64,000 nucleotides of DNA from Hyphomonadaceae bacterium (lineage in GTDB: Bacteria; Pseudomonadota; Alphaproteobacteria; Caulobacterales; Aquidulcibacteraceae), in NCBI GenBank assembly GCA_050185805.1, contig JBFWZB010000006.1, positions 5,818-69,817 on the forward strand. The letters run 5' to 3'. The position numbers and the translations under genes were made by a program. Every line of letters begins with the position of its first letter. Within the stretch, counting starts at the first letter, position 1. Below are positions 61,701 to 64,000 of the stretch, piece after piece. The notes beneath the pieces are model-generated. The model worked only from the letters and a program-made list of their open reading frames with translations. It had not been told where the DNA came from and searched no databases.

Positions 61701-62887
61701 AGGTCGCGGAAACGGCTGGTGTCTTCGTTCCGCGAGGTGAAACGGGGCCGGGGCGGCGGTTTGCGCTGCGCTTGCTTGAGGCGCTGGCGGTGGCGGTGGC
61801 GGCCAATGCGATCATGATCGTTGTCGCCGTAAATGCCGGATTGGACTTGGCGGCAGCGCAAGCAAATACATGGTTGGCGGCGGTTTATGTCTGCATTCTC
61901 TGCGTACTATTGTTTGCAGCGGGCGTCGTTGCTGCGCGCTTCGCGCCGGAGCGTTTGGCGCCGCCGCGCGATGCGCAGCAACAGGCGCGCGTCTGGCGAT
62001 GGGCGTCGCCGCTGGCGGTAGCGGCGGCGCCGCTTGCCATTGCCGGTCTCCTCTACACGGCGTTGAACGCCACCCACGTTGTGCTGCCGGATGGTGGGAG
62101 CTTGCGCGTGCGCGACGCCGACATCGTCGCCACCACGCAGAGGGGCGATTTTTTCGCCACAGGGGGCGCCGATGGATTGGTTCGCGTTTTCGCCAGCTCG
62201 AAATTGCGTCGGCCGCTCGTTGCGGAAGCGCTCGGCGGCGGCGCGATCACGTCGCTCGTGTTTCAGGAGCAGACGGCGGGGCAGCCGAGCTTAGGCGTTG
62301 TCTCTTACGATGGCGCCGTGGAGATGATCGACGCTCGAACCGGCGCCCGGACACTGCTCGCGCGCGTCCATAGCGTGTCGACGCCGCCACTCTTGGCGCT
62401 CGATTCTGCCGGCGGTTGGTTGATTGCGTTCGAGGACGCATTGGGCGTGCAGCAAGTTGTCGATCAAGCCGGCGCCACGGCGGTGGGCGGTCCTGCGGCG
62501 ATCACGGCGCTTCAAGCAATTGGGCCAGGATTATACGCGGTGGGAACATTGGCCGGCGACATTGACTTACTTCGCTCCGGCGCGGACGGATTGCAGTGGG
62601 ATACGCCGGTCGAACAACGGACGGACCCTGATCTCTCCGCCTATGCGGGCGTCTGGGCGCGGGACGACGCCGCATGCAGCGACGGCGCCGTGACAATACG
62701 TGCAGAAAATGGCGCACTCGTCGTTCAGGCCGCTGATCTCACGTCGGTCGAAACGCCGATCCGATACGACGGCGACTGGCTCGAGACGGTGTCACAGAGC
62801 GTCGTGCGTGGATATCGGCTGGAGGGGCCCAGGCTTCGCTTCCGTGACAGCGCGGGACGAGAGACGGAGCTCGTCCGATGCGCTTAG
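58790..62887 (+). CDS. MoxR-associated vWA-like polytopic membrane protein with C-terminal partial WD40 propeller
   Basis: LRAAGLQIG N-terminus, LDIERTVAATI, PEYLVLIE, ALLTP.P..W..EE, WL.ALAVYP...WDLT, LPWLREG; about 9 TM; about 4 WD40-like blades; terminal two-Cys beta domain. Confidence 0.8.
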   Translation: MPEAFDSQEADLGDQIFGVFDEAGGSLKSAGLLDQLRAAGLQIGAREHNAVGVLVAALLGQSSPPPKLQSLHAQIAPLVARTPQERETFSRVFNAFAGVDTGSARAAGVSSDALLAGDARRGRFARLLAARSTRIAAVVLGATTLIAALAFLLLRTPPQELTSDAPQQAVPAPAAISVQAEASTSEGALAPAASASVSKVARIARTYAGAPTLAELAEGLAAESPIEWDASAYEARLHELTGLPRHQPLALYETAGSRPNSAAVWARLARAIDRVETPGRESSYAAYLNATAPILGDDPADPPGGSAWSSAAAPARRLEAAIAQRLGATEALPTERNEAIARVRSIMREHIDAHIIERTLASATDPRIRRVFPEPLYASHADIERERAIPPITPWIVASAPLLSLGVWLLAGLARRKAFLRRRRPETSPLHTDLVTDAVSLARDSEVEYLRIGRRLQRRTARESDRLDIERTVAATIAGGGHLVRPVMARTRALPEYLVLIERRGANDQDYARMRAMLQRLRDMISIEVFSYQSEPSLLEPDGGGRAVAIERLMAAFPNHRLIVLGTGAGFLDPIHKKPLPGAERLTHWERRALLTPLPLSEWAREEYLLARELAMPVGRATPEGLSHLAELLGLEGRGEEENLDPAGDGLARPLPEAFRLHPQRYLYNAPPDDHSIAQVLQDLRNYLDPAGFDWLTALAVYPATQWDLTLYLGLTLKAPHGVEGRLEPLYSERRIGALTQLPWLREGWLPDWLRRALIGAMTPMRRREVRATLARLFNAADVADKALPDLNIRMQIAHEALTKTAPDSVFDDEVLLDFMARGRVEDFELPENALLERIMPREWRKRIGWPELAGAAVAAIYAAAAFIMAPKPADGGWSGHSWLPLLTLGGLAALGLAALHGRDVYRRGRALLERAAIYAVAIALTALFIAAMPSVEGFVLARAPELAAFYPSGLALQSIFALAALGLARKVAETAGVFVPRGETGPGRRFALRLLEALAVAVAANAIMIVVAVNAGLDLAAAQANTWLAAVYVCILCVLLFAAGVVAARFAPERLAPPRDAQQQARVWRWASPLAVAAAPLAIAGLLYTALNATHVVLPDGGSLRVRDADIVATTQRGDFFATGGADGLVRVFASSKLRRPLVAEALGGGAITSLVFQEQTAGQPSLGVVSYDGAVEMIDARTGARTLLARVHSVSTPPLLALDSAGGWLIAFEDALGVQQVVDQAGATAVGGPAAITALQAIGPGLYAVGTLAGDIDLLRSGADGLQWDTPVEQRTDPDLSAYAGVWARDDAACSDGAVTIRAENGALVVQAADLTSVETPIRYDGDWLETVSQSVVRGYRLEGPRLRFRDSAGRETELVRCA

Positions 62888-64000
62888 TCTTCGGAGGTGC
62901 GTTTCTCGCGCTCGTCGCGTTTTCTGTTCTAGCTGCTGCGCAACAGCAGCCTACAGCACCGCCTCGTGCCGAGGGCTCAGGCATTTTGCCCGAGGCACTC
63001 CGGGCGTCTCGCGACCGCTTGACCACCGAACTGGAGGCGCGCGAACGCGAGTTCGGCGCGGCGCTGGAGACTCTCCGCACCCAGGCGGATGCGCTGGCGA
63101 GGCGGCCAGCGGCGCCGCAATCATCCGCCTTTTATGGCGGGCATTATGGCGCCGTGCGCTCGATGTCGCGGAACGAGCAAGGGCAGCTACAAGTGCTGAT
63201 GGTCGACGGGACAATTATTGGAGGCGAGGCGCGCGAAGGAAGGCTTGAGCTGCGCACGCCAGTGCGGCGCGAAGCGGACTTGGCGCTTGGCGCGCCTGTT
63301 GCTTGGCGGCGTGCGCAAGCAACGCCGATGCCGAGCGAGCCACCACCAGCAGTGACAAATGTCGCGCCGCCCGCGGAAGAGCAGCCCGCTACGCGCCTTG
63401 CCTCGACGCCCGCGCCGGCGGATCCGATCGGTGTAAGCGTGGGGCCTGCGTTGGCGCAGATCGGGGATCGCAGTTTTGAAGGCAGCTATGCTGTCTTTGC
63501 GCGCGGCATGGAGGCGGGGGTTTTCACGTTCAATTTCAGTCAAAGCGGCGACAACTATCAGATTGGGGCGGAACGGCGTTCAACGGGCTTGGCCGCGACG
63601 CTCCTCAACCGCAGCCAGGATTACACTTACTCGGTGCAAGGAACGGTGGCCGCTGAGAATGGCTTGCAGCCCAGCGCCTATCAGCACCAAGGCGGGCGCC
63701 GCCGCGAAGATCGGCCCAATGGGCGCTTGGTGCGGGCCACCTTTAGCGCCGATGACGTGACCACGACGTCGGAACCGGCCGGGATGGGCATGGGCGAACC
63801 GCCCGCCACTGCGCAACAGAGGCGCAACGTTATCGATCAACTGACCGCCATCGCAACTCTCATCACTGCGTCCGGCGATCCGTGCAGCCGGACGCTTCGT
63901 GTTTATATGGATGGACGTTCGCGCTTCGATTTCGTGCTGACGCCCAACGGGCGTGTTAACGTCAGCACATCGGCTTATCGTGGAGAAGCGTTGCGCTGCA
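62878..64000 (+). CDS. exported protein: signal peptide + coiled coil + single WD40-like blade + Pro-rich linker + DUF3108-like domain (partial, runs off window)
   Basis: ATG 62878 overlaps upstream stop; stop-free to the window end: MRLVFGGAFLALVAFSVLAAAQ...GGHYGAVRSMS...SYAVFARG...LQPSAY...IDQLTA...CSRTLRVYMDGRSRFDF...GEALRC; not in ORF track. Confidence 0.8.
   Translation, partial: MRLVFGGAFLALVAFSVLAAAQQQPTAPPRAEGSGILPEALRASRDRLTTELEAREREFGAALETLRTQADALARRPAAPQSSAFYGGHYGAVRSMSRNEQGQLQVLMVDGTIIGGEAREGRLELRTPVRREADLALGAPVAWRRAQATPMPSEPPPAVTNVAPPAEEQPATRLASTPAPADPIGVSVGPALAQIGDRSFEGSYAVFARGMEAGVFTFNFSQSGDNYQIGAERRSTGLAATLLNRSQDYTYSVQGTVAAENGLQPSAYQHQGGRRREDRPNGRLVRATFSADDVTTTSEPAGMGMGEPPATAQQRRNVIDQLTAIATLITASGDPCSRTLRVYMDGRSRFDFVLTPNGRVNVSTSAYRGEALRC

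Noticed and set aside
54505-64000. Prophage or integrative element
   Set aside because: No integrase, transposase, phage structural gene or att duplication in the window; only island-like character can be inferred.

Overview
GC-rich alphaproteobacterial chromosome segment; gene content and protein sequences resemble Caulobacterales/Hyphomonadaceae (inference). About 1-50.4 kb is mostly housekeeping: gshB-like, folE, coq7, comF-grxC-nitrilase, ubiG/lysC-ptsP-rodZ-ispG-prfA-prmC, an iscR-led suf operon with an IscR box and two inserted envelope genes, a diguanylate cyclase, a DEAD helicase, parE, glnBA, nnr, tig-clpP-clpX-lon-HU and two tRNA-Leu genes. The last 14 kb is accessory and surrounds tRNA-Arg(TCT). 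Upstream of the tRNA is a 4-gene GNAT-like / ACP / adenylation enzyme / BtrK-like PLP decarboxylase operon, suggesting carrier-tethered aminoacyl chemistry. Downstream is a TIR-iSTAND / MoxR / membrane vWA ternary conflict-type system flanked by two exported multidomain proteins. One is WD-FGE-like-CHAP with the catalytic Cys replaced by Thr; the other, absent from the ORF track, is signal peptide-coiled coil-WD-DUF3108-like. The three envelope proteins carry about 4, 2 and 1 WD40-like blades, all predicted periplasmic. This suggests a seven-bladed beta-propeller split over three genes that couples envelope bait domains to a cytoplasmic TIR effector (hypothesis). All calls come from reading motifs by eye; no searches were run.
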